From Thermoanaerobaculia bacterium (lineage in GTDB: Bacteria; Acidobacteriota; Thermoanaerobaculia; Gp7-AA8), in NCBI GenBank assembly GCA_035629395.1, contig DASPHZ010000014.1:5115-69114 (forward strand): a stretch of DNA of 64,000 nucleotides, written 5' to 3'. Positions 20,652-30,412 of this stretch are shown here, piece after piece. Each line of letters begins with the position of its first letter. The first letter of the stretch is position 1. The position numbers and the translations under genes are program-made. The notes beneath the pieces are model-generated. The model ran no database searches, had not been told where the DNA came from, and saw nothing but the letters and a program-made list of their open reading frames with translations.

Positions 20652-21532
20652 AATCGCTCGCACTCGTGCTGCTCTTCGCCGCCTCGCTCTCCGCACAGCC
20701 GCGCGGTCTCAAGGTCTACCTCTCCGCGGACATGGAAGGCATCGGCGGAGTGGTCACGGGCGAGCAACTGAGCCCGGCCGGATTCGAGTACGCGAAAGCG
20801 CGCGAGTTCATGACGGAGGAAGTGCTCGCGGCCATCGCGGCCGCGCGCGAGGCGGGTGCGACGGAGATCGTCGTCAGCGACTCGCACGGCAACTTTCAGA
20901 ACCTGCTGCTGGAGCGTCTGCCGAAGGACGTGCAGGTCATTCGCGGCGGACCGCGTCCGTTGTCGATGATGCAGGGCATCGACGCCACGTTCGACGCGGT
21001 GCTGTTCATCGGCTACCACAGCAGCACGAGCAATCCGGCCGGCGTGCGCGCGCATACGATCTCGTCCGCGCGTCTCGCGGACGTGCGCATCGACGGCGTG
21101 TCGATGCCGGAGGCGGGCATCAACGCACTGATCGCCGGACACTTTCGCGTGCCGGTGGTGATGATCTCCGGCGACGACGCGGCCGTCGCCGAGGCGCGCA
21201 AGATCATCGGCGACCTCGAAGTCGCGATCGTGAAGGAGTCGTACGGATTTCACTCCGCGAAGACGCTGACCCCCGAGGCAGCGCGGGAACGCGTCCGCGA
21301 CGCGGTGAAGCGCGCCCTGCAGAATCGCACGCGCTTCCAGCCGATGACCGTGAAAGCGCCGTCCACTCTGGAAGTGCAGTTCAAGAATTACCGCCCCGCG
21401 GAGATCCTCGCCTTCCTGCCGAACGTCGAGCGCATCGACGCGCATTCAGTGCGCTTCGTCGGCAAGGACATTCTCGAAGTCGCACGCTTCCTCTCCTTCG
21501 CCACGAATTACGAACCAGGCCTCGAGCCCTAG
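20648..21532 (+). CDS. D-aminopeptidase DppA (peptidase M55) family, exported
   Basis: Signal MKSLALVLLFAASLSAQ; M55 blocks YLSADMEGIGGVV and VVSDSHGN. Confidence 0.75.
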   Translation: MKSLALVLLFAASLSAQPRGLKVYLSADMEGIGGVVTGEQLSPAGFEYAKAREFMTEEVLAAIAAAREAGATEIVVSDSHGNFQNLLLERLPKDVQVIRGGPRPLSMMQGIDATFDAVLFIGYHSSTSNPAGVRAHTISSARLADVRIDGVSMPEAGINALIAGHFRVPVVMISGDDAAVAEARKIIGDLEVAIVKESYGFHSAKTLTPEAARERVRDAVKRALQNRTRFQPMTVKAPSTLEVQFKNYRPAEILAFLPNVERIDAHSVRFVGKDILEVARFLSFATNYEPGLEP

Positions 21533-21672
21533 CGCGAACGCGCGTGGCGTTCATCCTTCATCTCTGCCGCCGCCCGTCGCCGCTGCCACCCTACGTCGCG
21601 ATTCGTTCACAGCCGTGACAAGACTCTTCGGCGTGCGATGACTAAGTTGATCGGCGAAAGGAAACACGCTCA

Positions 21673-21990
21673 ATGAAAAGACTGGTCATCCTCCTGGTCG
21701 TCCTCTTCACCGCCACCACGCTCCTCGCCGGAGGCAAGGAGTGCAACCTCAACAAGTCCGCGAAGTCGGTCGAGCTGACCGGCACGGTCGCGAAGATCGG
21801 CTCCGGCGACGAAGCGAAGACGGTCTTCCGTGTCGCCAACGGCAAGAGCTACACCGTCTGCCACGAGAGCAAAGCCGACGTCCTCGGCGTCAGCAAAGAC
21901 GGCGCGACCGTCAAGGTCAAAGGCAAGCTCATGAACTGCGGCGAAGAAGGCGGCGAGACGCTCGTCATCAGCGAAGCGAAGCGCGTCTGA
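21673..21990 (+). CDS. Small exported hypothetical protein (105 aa, 3 Cys)
   Basis: Signal peptide MKRLVILLVVLFTATTLLA and an upstream AAAGGAAA RBS. It is a stand-alone gene between convergent neighbours. Confidence 0.5.
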   Translation: MKRLVILLVVLFTATTLLAGGKECNLNKSAKSVELTGTVAKIGSGDEAKTVFRVANGKSYTVCHESKADVLGVSKDGATVKVKGKLMNCGEEGGETLVISEAKRV

Positions 21991-22027
21991 CGCGGATGTG
22001 GCGACGGCCGCCCCCGGCCGTCGCCCC

Positions 22028-23023
22028 TCACACCCGCAGCGCGATCTTCCCGAACTGCGCGCCCGCGGCCATGTGGTCGAGCGCGGCGCCGAGCTCGTGA
22101 CGCTCGAAGACGCGATCGATCACCGGCTCGATCCTCCCCTCCTCGATCGCGGCATTCATCTTCTCGAACGACGCGATCGATCCGACGGACAGCCCGCGCA
22201 ACGCCACCGCGCGACGGAAGACTTTCGGCAGATCGATGTTCACCATCGAGCCGCTGAGAAACCCGATGAGATAGATGTTGCCGCCGGGACGGACCGCTTC
22301 GAGAGAACGCGCGATGGTCTCGCTGCCGCCGACGTCGACGACGTGCTGGGCGCCTTCGCCCTCCGTGAGCTTCACGACTTCGTCCTGCCACTCGGGATTC
22401 GTGCGGTAGTTGATCGTGTGATCGGCGCCGAGGGCGCGGGCGCGCTCGAGTTTTTCGTCGCTGCTCGAGGTGATGATCGCGCGCGCGCCGAGGTGCTTCG
22501 CGAACTGCAGCGCGAAGAGCGAGACGCCGCCGGTGCCCTGCGCGACCACCCACTCACCCGCTTTCACGTTTCCGCCGTTGACCAGCGCGTGCCAAGCGGT
22601 CACCGCGGCGATGGGAAGCGAGGCCGCCTGTTCGTCGGTGAGATGTTTCGGCGTGCGGACGAGATGCGTTTCGTGTCCGACGCGATACTCACTCATCACG
22701 CCGTCGAGCGTCATGCCGAGGGAGGTGGTGATGGCCTGGCGCGTAGGCGTGCCGTCCTGCCACAGCGGGCGCATGGCGAAGATGACGCGGTCGCCGGCCG
22801 CGAATCGCGTCACCCCTTCGCCGACGCTCACGACTTCACCGGCACCGTCGGAGAGCGGGACGAGCGGAAATTGCACGGCGCCGTAATCACCGCGGATGAG
22901 GGCGAGATCGCGATAGTTGACGGACACCGCTTTGATGCGCACGAGCACCTCGCCGGGACCCGGCTCCGGCCGCGGTTTGTCGACTTCCACCAGGTTCTCT
23001 TTTCCGGAGGCTCGCAATTCCAT
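22028..23023 (-). CDS. Zinc-binding alcohol dehydrogenase / NADPH:quinone oxidoreductase (MDR family)
   Basis: Nucleotide-binding motif AQGTGGVSLFALQFAKHLGA and the MDR fold. Confidence 0.8.
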   Translation of the reverse strand: MELRASGKENLVEVDKPRPEPGPGEVLVRIKAVSVNYRDLALIRGDYGAVQFPLVPLSDGAGEVVSVGEGVTRFAAGDRVIFAMRPLWQDGTPTRQAITTSLGMTLDGVMSEYRVGHETHLVRTPKHLTDEQAASLPIAAVTAWHALVNGGNVKAGEWVVAQGTGGVSLFALQFAKHLGARAIITSSSDEKLERARALGADHTINYRTNPEWQDEVVKLTEGEGAQHVVDVGGSETIARSLEAVRPGGNIYLIGFLSGSMVNIDLPKVFRRAVALRGLSVGSIASFEKMNAAIEEGRIEPVIDRVFERHELGAALDHMAAGAQFGKIALRV

Positions 23024-23045
23024 GGACCACATACGTCACTCCTTT

Positions 23046-23095
23046 GTTCGAACTTCTTCGAACAATGTAATTGTTCGACTCTTTTCGAACAATGA
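23046..23095. promoter_or_regulatory. Operator-like palindromes in the divergent QOR/ArsR intergenic region: CGAACAAT-gta-ATTGTTCG, flanked by two more TTCGAACAAT copies
   Basis: Read directly: ttgttcgaacttcttcgaacaatgtaattgttcgactcttttcgaacaatg. Confidence 0.45.
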
Positions 23096-23118
23096 CGAAT
23101 CGGTTAACATCGCCGGCG

Positions 23119-23424
23119 ATGGCCAAGATGTCTCTCCCCGACGTGCTGTACGCGCTCAGCGATCCGCTGCGCCTGAAGATCGTGCGGCAGCTCGCGGACG
23201 AGGGCGAGATGTCGTGCGGCACGTTCGACGTGCGCATCCCGAAATCCTCGCTGTCGCATCACTTCAAGGTTTTGCGCGATGCGGGCGTGATCGCGACACG
23301 GGGTGAGGGCGTGCGGCGCATGAACTCGCTGCGACGCGCAGAACTGGATGCCGCGTTTCCGGGATTGCTGGAGGCGGTGCTGCACGCACCGCTGCCACGG
23401 GAACGCCGGCGTCTCGCCGGCTGA
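23119..23424 (+). CDS. ArsR/SmtB-family HTH transcriptional regulator
   Basis: LSDPLRLKIVRQLADEGEMSCGTF...SLSHHFKVLRDAGVI is a canonical ArsR wHTH. It is divergent from an oxidoreductase gene. Confidence 0.75.
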   Translation: MAKMSLPDVLYALSDPLRLKIVRQLADEGEMSCGTFDVRIPKSSLSHHFKVLRDAGVIATRGEGVRRMNSLRRAELDAAFPGLLEAVLHAPLPRERRRLAG

Positions 23425-23520
23425 TCCGGCAGCGCCGTTGCTGCCGGCTGGGAACCGGAGCTCTCGTCGAGACCGGCTCGCGGAAAATCGCGTGGCACGT
23501 CCCCCGCACCCCTCCCGCCC

Positions 23521-24270
23521 GTGCGAGTCGCCACGTTTCTCCTGTTCGCGAGCCTCGCCTGCCGCCCTGCCATGACCAGCATCCCCTTCACCCACTACAT
23601 CGCCCTCGGCGACAGCATCTCCATCGACAGTTATCCCGCGGCCGACGTCGCGCGGCGTTACGCCGGCAAGGCCAGTACGACCGAGCTCGGCGCGGTCTCG
23701 CTGCTCGTGCGCAATGACGACAAGTTGTGGCCGGAGTTCCGCGGACGCGATCTGCGGATTCCCGTCGACGACCTGACCTCGGACGGCGCCACCACGCACA
23801 GCCTGCTGCGCCAGGTGGAGCGCGTCACGCGCAGCGACGAAGCCACGCTGATCACCATCACCGCGGGCGGGAACGATCTCCTCGGCGAGATCGGCGGGAG
23901 TGAGAGTCCGGCGCACGAAATCTTCGCGAGGCTCGAGACCGCGGTCCGCAAACTGCTCGCGCTCCGTCCCAACGCCACCATCCTCATCGGCACCGTCTAC
24001 GATCCGTCGGACGGCACGAACCGCCTCCCCGGATACGGCCGCACGCTCGATCGCGAGGCGCAATGGCTCGCCGAGTACAACGGGCTCGTACGGACGTTCG
24101 CACATTCCGATCCGCGCCTCCGCCTCGCCGACATCCACCGCCACTTCCTCGGCCACGGCATGACCGTAAGCGAGCGCGAGCGCTGGTACCTCGCCGAATC
24201 GATCATCGAGCCGAGCGCACGCGGCGCGAGCGAAGTGCGGCGCGTGTGGCTGGAGGTTCTGGGTCTCTGA
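23521..24270 (+). CDS. SGNH/GDSL-family hydrolase, exported
   Basis: GDSIS block I, GGND block III and a C-terminal DxxH. GTG start with an N-terminal hydrophobic leader. Confidence 0.7.
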   Translation: MRVATFLLFASLACRPAMTSIPFTHYIALGDSISIDSYPAADVARRYAGKASTTELGAVSLLVRNDDKLWPEFRGRDLRIPVDDLTSDGATTHSLLRQVERVTRSDEATLITITAGGNDLLGEIGGSESPAHEIFARLETAVRKLLALRPNATILIGTVYDPSDGTNRLPGYGRTLDREAQWLAEYNGLVRTFAHSDPRLRLADIHRHFLGHGMTVSERERWYLAESIIEPSARGASEVRRVWLEVLGL

Positions 24271-24304
24271 CTTGCAATCCTTGCAATAAGTAGTAAGGAA
24301 AGGA

Positions 24305-26110
24305 ATGCCTATGAGATCGATACTACGAAGTACCGCAGCAGTCGCTCTGCTCGGTCTCGCGCTTGCCGGACCGGTAGATGCGCAATCGACAACAGACCGG
24401 GAGAAGCTGACGGCGCAGTCGCGTCTCACGACGGCCGAGGCTGCATTAGCGTCGGCGCAGGCGGCGGGAGCGGCAACGTTCGCGACCGACCTGTACAACG
24501 ACGCCTCGAACCGCCTTCGTGAAGCACGCACGAACTGGAGCCACGACAACCGCAACACCCGTGAGATGGCCGCACTCCGCGCCGTCGAAGCGCACCACGC
24601 CGCTCTCGCCGCGGAAGCACAGGCCAACCTCCTCGCCGCAAACAGCGAGATCCGCACGTTGCGCACCGACATCGGCACCTTCGGCGGCACCGCCGCCACC
24701 ATCGACCTGTACGAACCGCCGGCCATGACGAGCCGCGGCGTGACGTCGGCGGACCGCGTGATCATCGCCGAGAACGCCATCCGCATGGCTCGTGCAGCCG
24801 GCGCGGAGCGCTTCGCCGCGAACGACCTCGAGCGCATCGAGGGGACGCTGAAGACCGCGCGCACGCTGGCGAAGAACGACAAGCAGAACGACAACGCCGA
24901 TCACCTCGCGTACGTCGCCGAGATGGAAGCGCGGCGTCTCGAGCTCGTCGCCCGCCGCAACGCCATCAGTCCGCGACTGCCGGAGCTGCGTGCCGAGCGC
25001 ACGCGTCTCGCGCAGCGGGCGCAGGACATGCGGGCGCAGGAAGAGCAGCAGCGCCGTCTCGCCGCCGAACAGCAGGCCGCCGAACTGCGCCGCCAGCTCG
25101 AACAGCAGTCGACGAATCGACAGGCCGAACAGGCCGAGCTGCAGCGCCTGCGCGAGCAGGTCGCGCACACGGAGATGCAGTTCCGCACGCAGCTCGACCA
25201 GGACCGCGCGGCGCGCATCGCCGCCGAGCAGCAGCTCGACGAGGTGATGCGCCGCTACGAGGCCGCGCTCACCGAAGACGGTGCAAACGCGATCGAAGTC
25301 GAGAATCTGCGCCGCCAGGTCGAAGACCAGTCGCTCGCCTTGCGCACCATGCAGGAGCGCGAGCGCGCCAGCGAAGCGTACGTCGGCACGCAGATCCAGA
25401 GCCTCGAACAGGCGCTCGAGCGTGAACGTGCCGAGGGACAACTGACCGCGGACGTACTCGCACAGCGCGAAGAGGAACTGCGCCGTCAGCGTGCCGACCT
25501 CCAGCGCCTGCAGACCGAGCGTGAAGAGTCGGCGCGTCTGCGCGCGGAAGCGGAGCGCGTGCGCACCGAGGCCATCGCGGATGCGGAGCGGAGACGCTCG
25601 CTGGCGGAGGCGGAAGCCGAGCAGTTGCGCCAGCAGGTCGCGCAGACGTCGGCCGCGCTCTCGACCGCGCAGGAAGAGCTGCTGCGCCGCGACACCGTCG
25701 CACGCGAGCGCGTCGAGACGATGCAGCAGGAGCTCGCCCGTCTCGCCGAAACGCGGCAGACCGAGCGTGGCTTCATCGTGACGCTGCCCGGCCTCTTCTT
25801 CGACACCGGCAGCGCGACCCTCAAATCGGGTGCGCGCAACACGCTGTCGAAGATCGCCGATCAGCTTCGCGTCAACGTCGACACGCGCATCACCGTCGAA
25901 GGTCACACGGATGCGGTAGGGAGCGAAGAGCTGAACCAGTCGCTGTCCGAACGCCGTGCGGCCGCCGTGCGCGACTACCTCGTCAGCCGCGGCGTCCCCG
26001 CCGATCGCATCAGCATGACCGGCCTCGGCGAATCCGCGCCGATCGCCACGAACGACAGCCCCGCGGGAAGGCAGCAGAACCGCAGGGTCGAGCTGGTGAT
26101 CGCGCAGTAA
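24305..26110 (+). CDS. OmpA-family peptidoglycan-binding protein with N-terminal DUF4398-like domain and a long Q/R/E-rich coiled coil
   Basis: Signal peptide. The C-terminal OmpA domain reads FDTGSATL...VEGHTDAVGSEELNQSLSERRAAAVRDYL. About 250 aa of coiled coil lie between. Confidence 0.8.
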   Translation: MPMRSILRSTAAVALLGLALAGPVDAQSTTDREKLTAQSRLTTAEAALASAQAAGAATFATDLYNDASNRLREARTNWSHDNRNTREMAALRAVEAHHAALAAEAQANLLAANSEIRTLRTDIGTFGGTAATIDLYEPPAMTSRGVTSADRVIIAENAIRMARAAGAERFAANDLERIEGTLKTARTLAKNDKQNDNADHLAYVAEMEARRLELVARRNAISPRLPELRAERTRLAQRAQDMRAQEEQQRRLAAEQQAAELRRQLEQQSTNRQAEQAELQRLREQVAHTEMQFRTQLDQDRAARIAAEQQLDEVMRRYEAALTEDGANAIEVENLRRQVEDQSLALRTMQERERASEAYVGTQIQSLEQALERERAEGQLTADVLAQREEELRRQRADLQRLQTEREESARLRAEAERVRTEAIADAERRRSLAEAEAEQLRQQVAQTSAALSTAQEELLRRDTVARERVETMQQELARLAETRQTERGFIVTLPGLFFDTGSATLKSGARNTLSKIADQLRVNVDTRITVEGHTDAVGSEELNQSLSERRAAAVRDYLVSRGVPADRISMTGLGESAPIATNDSPAGRQQNRRVELVIAQ

Positions 26111-26127
26111 CGACACCCCTTCAACTA

Positions 26128-26154
26128 CCCTCTCCCCGCGATGCGGGGAGAGGG
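26128..26154. terminator. REP-like palindromic hairpin CCCTCTCCCCGC-gat-GCGGGGAGAGGG after the OmpA-family gene
   Basis: A perfect 12-bp inverted repeat, read directly. It shares its core with the hairpins at 49637 and 52942. Confidence 0.5.
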
Positions 26155-26166
26155 TACGATGGACTC

Positions 26167-26784
26167 ATGAAAATAGGCATCATTGGCGCGGGGTACATCG
26201 GTGCGACCGCCGCACACCTCTTCATCGACGCGGGACACGAAATCGCCATCGCCAATTCGCGCGGCCCGGAGACGCTGCGCGAGCTCGCCGGCGAGCTCGG
26301 CCCGCAAGCGCGCGCAGCGACCGTCGAAGATGCAGCCCGGTTCGGCGAGGTCGTGCTCCTCGCGATTCCGTTCAAGGACTACACGACGCTTCCCGTCGAC
26401 GCGCTGCGCGACAAGGTCGCGATCGACGCGATGAACTACTACCCGGATCGCGACGGCCACTTCCCGCAGCTCGATGACGACGAGATCACGTCGAGTGAGC
26501 TGGTCGCGCAGCATCTCGCTGGTGCGCGGCTCGTGAAGGCATTCAACACCATCTGGTTCGAGCACCTGCGCAAACAGGGACAGAAGGACGTGGCGGTGGA
26601 ACAGCGCCGCGCGATCTTCATCTCCGGCGATCACGACGAAGCGAAGCGCGTCGTCACGAAGCTCATCGAGGAGATCGGCTTCGGCGCCGTAGACCTCGGA
26701 TCGATGCGCAACAGCCGCCGCCAGCAGCCCGGCGCGCCGGTGTACAACCGCGACGTCACGGTCGAACAGGCCGCGAATCTCTAG
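26167..26784 (+). CDS. NADPH-dependent F420 reductase-like / NADP oxidoreductase (Rossmann)
   Basis: MKIGIIGAGYIGATAA dinucleotide fold; resembles the F420-dependent NADP reductase (Npd) family. Confidence 0.65.
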   Translation: MKIGIIGAGYIGATAAHLFIDAGHEIAIANSRGPETLRELAGELGPQARAATVEDAARFGEVVLLAIPFKDYTTLPVDALRDKVAIDAMNYYPDRDGHFPQLDDDEITSSELVAQHLAGARLVKAFNTIWFEHLRKQGQKDVAVEQRRAIFISGDHDEAKRVVTKLIEEIGFGAVDLGSMRNSRRQQPGAPVYNRDVTVEQAANL

Positions 26785-27785
26785 CGCAGCAACACCAGCG
26801 CGAGCGCGATGAGCGCGGCGACGACGGCGCTGCCGGCCAGTCCGAGGGACATCAGGGCGAGGCTGCGCCAGCGGGTCTCGGCGTTCTGCAGCGCGCGTGC
26901 GAGAGGATCGTCGCGCATCACGCCTTCGAACAGCGACTGCTGCATCACCGACTTCGACGCCACCACGTCTTCCGCGGCGCGGACGAAATGACGCTGATGG
27001 ATCGCCTTTCCTGAATCCGATCCGCGTTCCGCTGCCGCCGCGGCGGCGGCTTTCAGCACCGCGTTCTTGATGTCGCCGCCGCTCATCTCGAAGCGTTGCG
27101 CCAGCTCGCGGAAATTCACGTCGCGCGCGAGCGGCGTCTTGCGCGGATGGATCTGCACCTGCCAGATGCGCTCGCGATCCTCGACCGCCGGCATCACGAA
27201 GCGCACGTGCGTGCGGATGCGGCGCTCGAACGCGGGGTCGAAGTTCGCGGCGAGATTCGTCGCGAAGATGACCACGCCGTTGAACGCGTCGAGCTCGCGC
27301 AGCAGCACGTTCACGGTGAGATTGCTCTCGCGATCCTGCGGCAGTCCCGACGCGGACGAGCGTCGCGTGGCGATCGCATCCGCTTCGTCGAAGAACAGCA
27401 CCGCGTTCTGCTCGACGGCTGCACGGAAGGCGGCGGCGATGTTCTTCGGCGTCTCCCCCATCCACATCGACTCGACTTCCGCGTAATCGACGACCAGCAG
27501 CTTCATCCCCAGCGCATGAGCAATCGCCTCGGCGCAGATGGTCTTGCCGGTGCCCGGAGGTCCGGCGAAGTTGAACGCGAGACCGAGGCCGGAGGCGTGA
27601 CGCTCGCCGAGTCCCCAGCGGCCGAAGATCAGGTTGTGATTGCGGACCTGCGCCAGCGCTTCGTCCAGCGTACGGCGCGTTTCGGCCGGGAGGACGACGT
27701 CCGCGAACGTGCGCTCGGGGATGACGGTCTCCACCGCGCGGCGCGGCGTGCGTCCGGTGAAGAGGGAAAGGATCGGCGAAGCCAT
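26781..27785 (-). CDS. AAA+ ATPase with C-terminal transmembrane anchor
   Basis: Walker A GPPGTGKT, Walker B LFFDEAD, sensor/arginine finger. C-terminal helix SLALMSLGLAGSAVVAALIALALVLL. I chose the start at MASPILSLF; the upstream ORF extension is Arg-rich junk. Confidence 0.75.
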   Translation of the reverse strand: MASPILSLFTGRTPRRAVETVIPERTFADVVLPAETRRTLDEALAQVRNHNLIFGRWGLGERHASGLGLAFNFAGPPGTGKTICAEAIAHALGMKLLVVDYAEVESMWMGETPKNIAAAFRAAVEQNAVLFFDEADAIATRRSSASGLPQDRESNLTVNVLLRELDAFNGVVIFATNLAANFDPAFERRIRTHVRFVMPAVEDRERIWQVQIHPRKTPLARDVNFRELAQRFEMSGGDIKNAVLKAAAAAAAERGSDSGKAIHQRHFVRAAEDVVASKSVMQQSLFEGVMRDDPLARALQNAETRWRSLALMSLGLAGSAVVAALIALALVLLR

Positions 27786-27859
27786 GATGTTCTTCGGAGC
27801 GCTGGCCGGTTCGCCGGCGTCCTGGTCGGCATCGACTGCGGCTGGAGACCGGCGCTCCG

Positions 27860-28654
27860 TTACAGATTTTCGATGATCTGCACATCTCCGGCCGACAGCT
27901 CGAAGTCGAGGGCGCCGAGGTCTTCCCGCATGTGCTCCGGGTCGGTGGTGCCGGTGAGCGGGAGCATCCCCACCTGCAGCGCGAAGCGGAACACGATCTG
28001 CGCGGGTGTGCGGCCCGTACGCGCGACGACCTCGCGGAAGCGCGCACTGCGCAGCGCGGCCATGTTCGCCGTCAGCAGCGAGAAACCTTGATAGACGATG
28101 TCGCGCGCGCGGCAGAACGCCCGGACGTCGGCATCCCAGTGCGTGCGCGCGTAGCAGCGGTTCTGCACGAACGTCGGTGGCACGCGCGCGAACGAGACGA
28201 GCTCTTCGAGCTGATCGAGCGCGACGTTGCTGACGCCGAGAAAACGCACGTTCGGGAGCGACTCCATCGCTCGCCACGTTGCGCGATCGACGTTCGTGAG
28301 ACCGCGGCGGCGCTGCGGTCCGTGCAGCACGTAGGAATCGATGCGGTCGACCTGCAGATGCTCGAGCGAGCTGGCAAACGACTGCTGCACCTGCGTGGCC
28401 GGATCGGCGTTCGGATCGTACGGCAGGCGGTGATCCTGTCCGTCGCGATATGTGAATTTCGTCTGGAGGAACAGCTCATCGCGCGGAATCCCGGCGCTTC
28501 GAATGGCCGCGCCGACGCCTGCCTCGAAGTAATGCTTGCGCTGATTGGCCGTGTCGATGCCGCGGAAGCCGGCGTCGAGGGCGAGACGCGTGAGACGCTC
28601 GGTCGCGTCTTCCTTCCAGGCGGTGCCGTAGAGGAACGGCGGAACGTCCGTCAT
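27860..28654 (-). CDS. Aldo/keto reductase
   Basis: AKR fold blocks (YGTAWKE..., LHGPQR, GVSN). Confidence 0.8.
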   Translation of the reverse strand: MTDVPPFLYGTAWKEDATERLTRLALDAGFRGIDTANQRKHYFEAGVGAAIRSAGIPRDELFLQTKFTYRDGQDHRLPYDPNADPATQVQQSFASSLEHLQVDRIDSYVLHGPQRRRGLTNVDRATWRAMESLPNVRFLGVSNVALDQLEELVSFARVPPTFVQNRCYARTHWDADVRAFCRARDIVYQGFSLLTANMAALRSARFREVVARTGRTPAQIVFRFALQVGMLPLTGTTDPEHMREDLGALDFELSAGDVQIIENL

Positions 28655-29139
28655 TTGTCGTCGTCGTGCGCCATCTCGTCGATCGCCACCGCGATGGCGA
28701 GCACGAGCGCGTCATCTTCGCCGGCGGCGACGTCGATGCCATACGTATCGCGGAACGAGAACCACTGCTTCGACACCTGTGCGATCGTGTCGCCGTCGCG
28801 GCGCAGCGTGTACTCGTGATCGAGGATCGAGCCGTCGACGTCGAGGTCGTGTCCGCCCGCGATCTTCACGTCGAATTTCGTGCGGAATGGCGCGAAGAGC
28901 GCCTTCGTCACGGTGGCCGCGACGTCGTCGCCGCGCAGGATGTCCATCTTCTCGCGGATGGACATGAGCTTGCCGCGGATGGTGGCGACGACGTTCCCCT
29001 GGCGATCCTTCAGCTCGAAGCGGTCGCGCAGGGAAAAGGCCTTGCCGTCGACTTCGTACGCGGGGTTGCCGTGCTCGTCTTCGATCGTGAAGTCGTCGCC
29101 GATGGCGAACAACTTCTGGCGCATGCGATAGCGGGTCAT
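28651..29139 (-). CDS. LURP-one-related / tubby C-terminal-like family protein (DUF567)
   Basis: 162 aa. MRQKLFAIGDDFTIEDEHGNPAYEVDGK...LAIAVAID matches the LOR family. Confidence 0.7.
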   Translation of the reverse strand: MTRYRMRQKLFAIGDDFTIEDEHGNPAYEVDGKAFSLRDRFELKDRQGNVVATIRGKLMSIREKMDILRGDDVAATVTKALFAPFRTKFDVKIAGGHDLDVDGSILDHEYTLRRDGDTIAQVSKQWFSFRDTYGIDVAAGEDDALVLAIAVAIDEMAHDDDK

Positions 29140-29192
29140 GTCGTAAAAATTAATGGCTCCGGGATCTCTTGTCTCCCGGAGCCTTTCTCAGC

Positions 29193-29515
29193 GCGTTGAC
29201 AGCCACAAGAGTGCATTCGCGCCAATGTGCCTCGGCGGCCTATCGCGCCGTCCGCGGCGAGTTCCGGTACGTTGACATCAGCGACAGTGCATCCGTCCCG
29301 GAACCGCTCGTCGTCGACGGTCTATCGCACCGTCCCGACCGGCTGCAGCGTGTTGACAGCTACGTAGAGCATCCACGCCGGAGCCACTTGCCTCGATGGC
29401 CTGTCGCGCCATTCTCGGCTGCCTCACCACGTTGACATCCGCGACAGAGCGTTCGTGCTGGGGCGAGCTTCAACGTAGGTCCGCGACCTCGCGAAAGCAA
29501 CGTTTTTCGCTGTTA
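29193..29515. repeat. Four degenerate ~80-bp tandem direct repeats, each starting GTTGACA(G/T)C...GCGACAG.GCAT and containing CTATCGC.CCGTCC
   Basis: Read directly. GTTGACA cores sit near 29196, 29272, 29353 and 29433. The repeats are non-coding, upstream of the LURP gene and downstream of the desaturase gene. Confidence 0.5.
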
Positions 29516-29634
29516 CATTTTCAGCGGTTTTCCACAGTCGTCCGCAGGTGTGGTGCAGTGGTATCTGGGCATGTACGTGGAAGGTGCGGCAGCGCAACGA
29601 AATCGGCCGCGGGCGGCTGCTGAAAGTCTGTTCG

Positions 29635-30375
29635 TCACGCCGCCTTCGTCACGTCCTTCCCCGTCAGCATCGCCCAGATCTCCGACGACGCACCATCCCA
29701 GTACCCGCACTTCGCGTCGAACGCCTCCGGATTGCGGTACGTGCCGAACAGCATGTCGATCACCGGCAGGTCGCAGTAGTTGTAGCGGTGCACGCCCCGC
29801 TCGTGATGCACGCCGTGGCTCTCCGGCCGCTGGATGATGTAGCCGAGCCACCGCGGCGTGCGGATGTTCGCGTGCTGGAACACCGCCGCGAACGTGAGGA
29901 ACAGATTGCCCACGACGCCTGCCTCCATCGAGACGCCGAGGATCGGGAAGAAGACGAGACTGGCAATCGAGCCGAAGCTGATCGCGTCCAGCGGCGAGAG
30001 GTAATACGCGCCGAACGCGTCCACCCCTTCGACGCTGTGATGCATCTGATGCACCCAGCGGAACAGAAAGTCCGAGCGGTGCACGAGGCGGTGATACCAG
30101 TAATGGCCGAGCTGGTAGACCAGCACCGCGACGGCCGCGCCGCCCCACGTGCCCAGCGGCGCGAGGTTGAAGAGCGTGCGGTCACCGATGGCCCATGACC
30201 AGAACATCGGAATGACGAAGGACAGGGCGAACACGAACAGCGTCACGGCCAGGGCCCGCACGCGCCAGTAGCGCGGGGTCTGGTAACGGCGCGCCCGGTA
30301 CGCCAGGTCCAGCAGGAGAAAGGTGGGGATCATCCCCAGGGTGAGCCAGGTGGCGATTGCAGTGATGTCGTTCAT
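29635..30375 (-). CDS. Sterol desaturase / fatty acid hydroxylase superfamily membrane protein
   Basis: Three His boxes (HYWYHRLVH, HQMHH, HGVHH) and 4 TM helices. Confidence 0.75.
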   Translation of the reverse strand: MNDITAIATWLTLGMIPTFLLLDLAYRARRYQTPRYWRVRALAVTLFVFALSFVIPMFWSWAIGDRTLFNLAPLGTWGGAAVAVLVYQLGHYWYHRLVHRSDFLFRWVHQMHHSVEGVDAFGAYYLSPLDAISFGSIASLVFFPILGVSMEAGVVGNLFLTFAAVFQHANIRTPRWLGYIIQRPESHGVHHERGVHRYNYCDLPVIDMLFGTYRNPEAFDAKCGYWDGASSEIWAMLTGKDVTKAA

Positions 30376-30412
30376 GCTGCACAACTTCGGTCACGGAGGA
30401 GCGGCGAACCTG

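Noticed and set aside
23104-24894. 596-aa minus-strand ORF
   Set aside because: Antisense shadow of the ArsR, SGNH and OmpA-family genes. Low-complexity Ala/Arg translation.
26125-28047. 640-aa minus-strand ORF
   Set aside because: It spans the plus-strand F420-reductase-like gene and another frame of the AAA ATPase gene. The real genes there have clear motifs and this ORF has none.
29193-29515. Possible CRISPR array
   Set aside because: The repeat units are about 80 bp and only 60-70% identical. There is no short conserved repeat/unique spacer alternation and no cas genes nearby.
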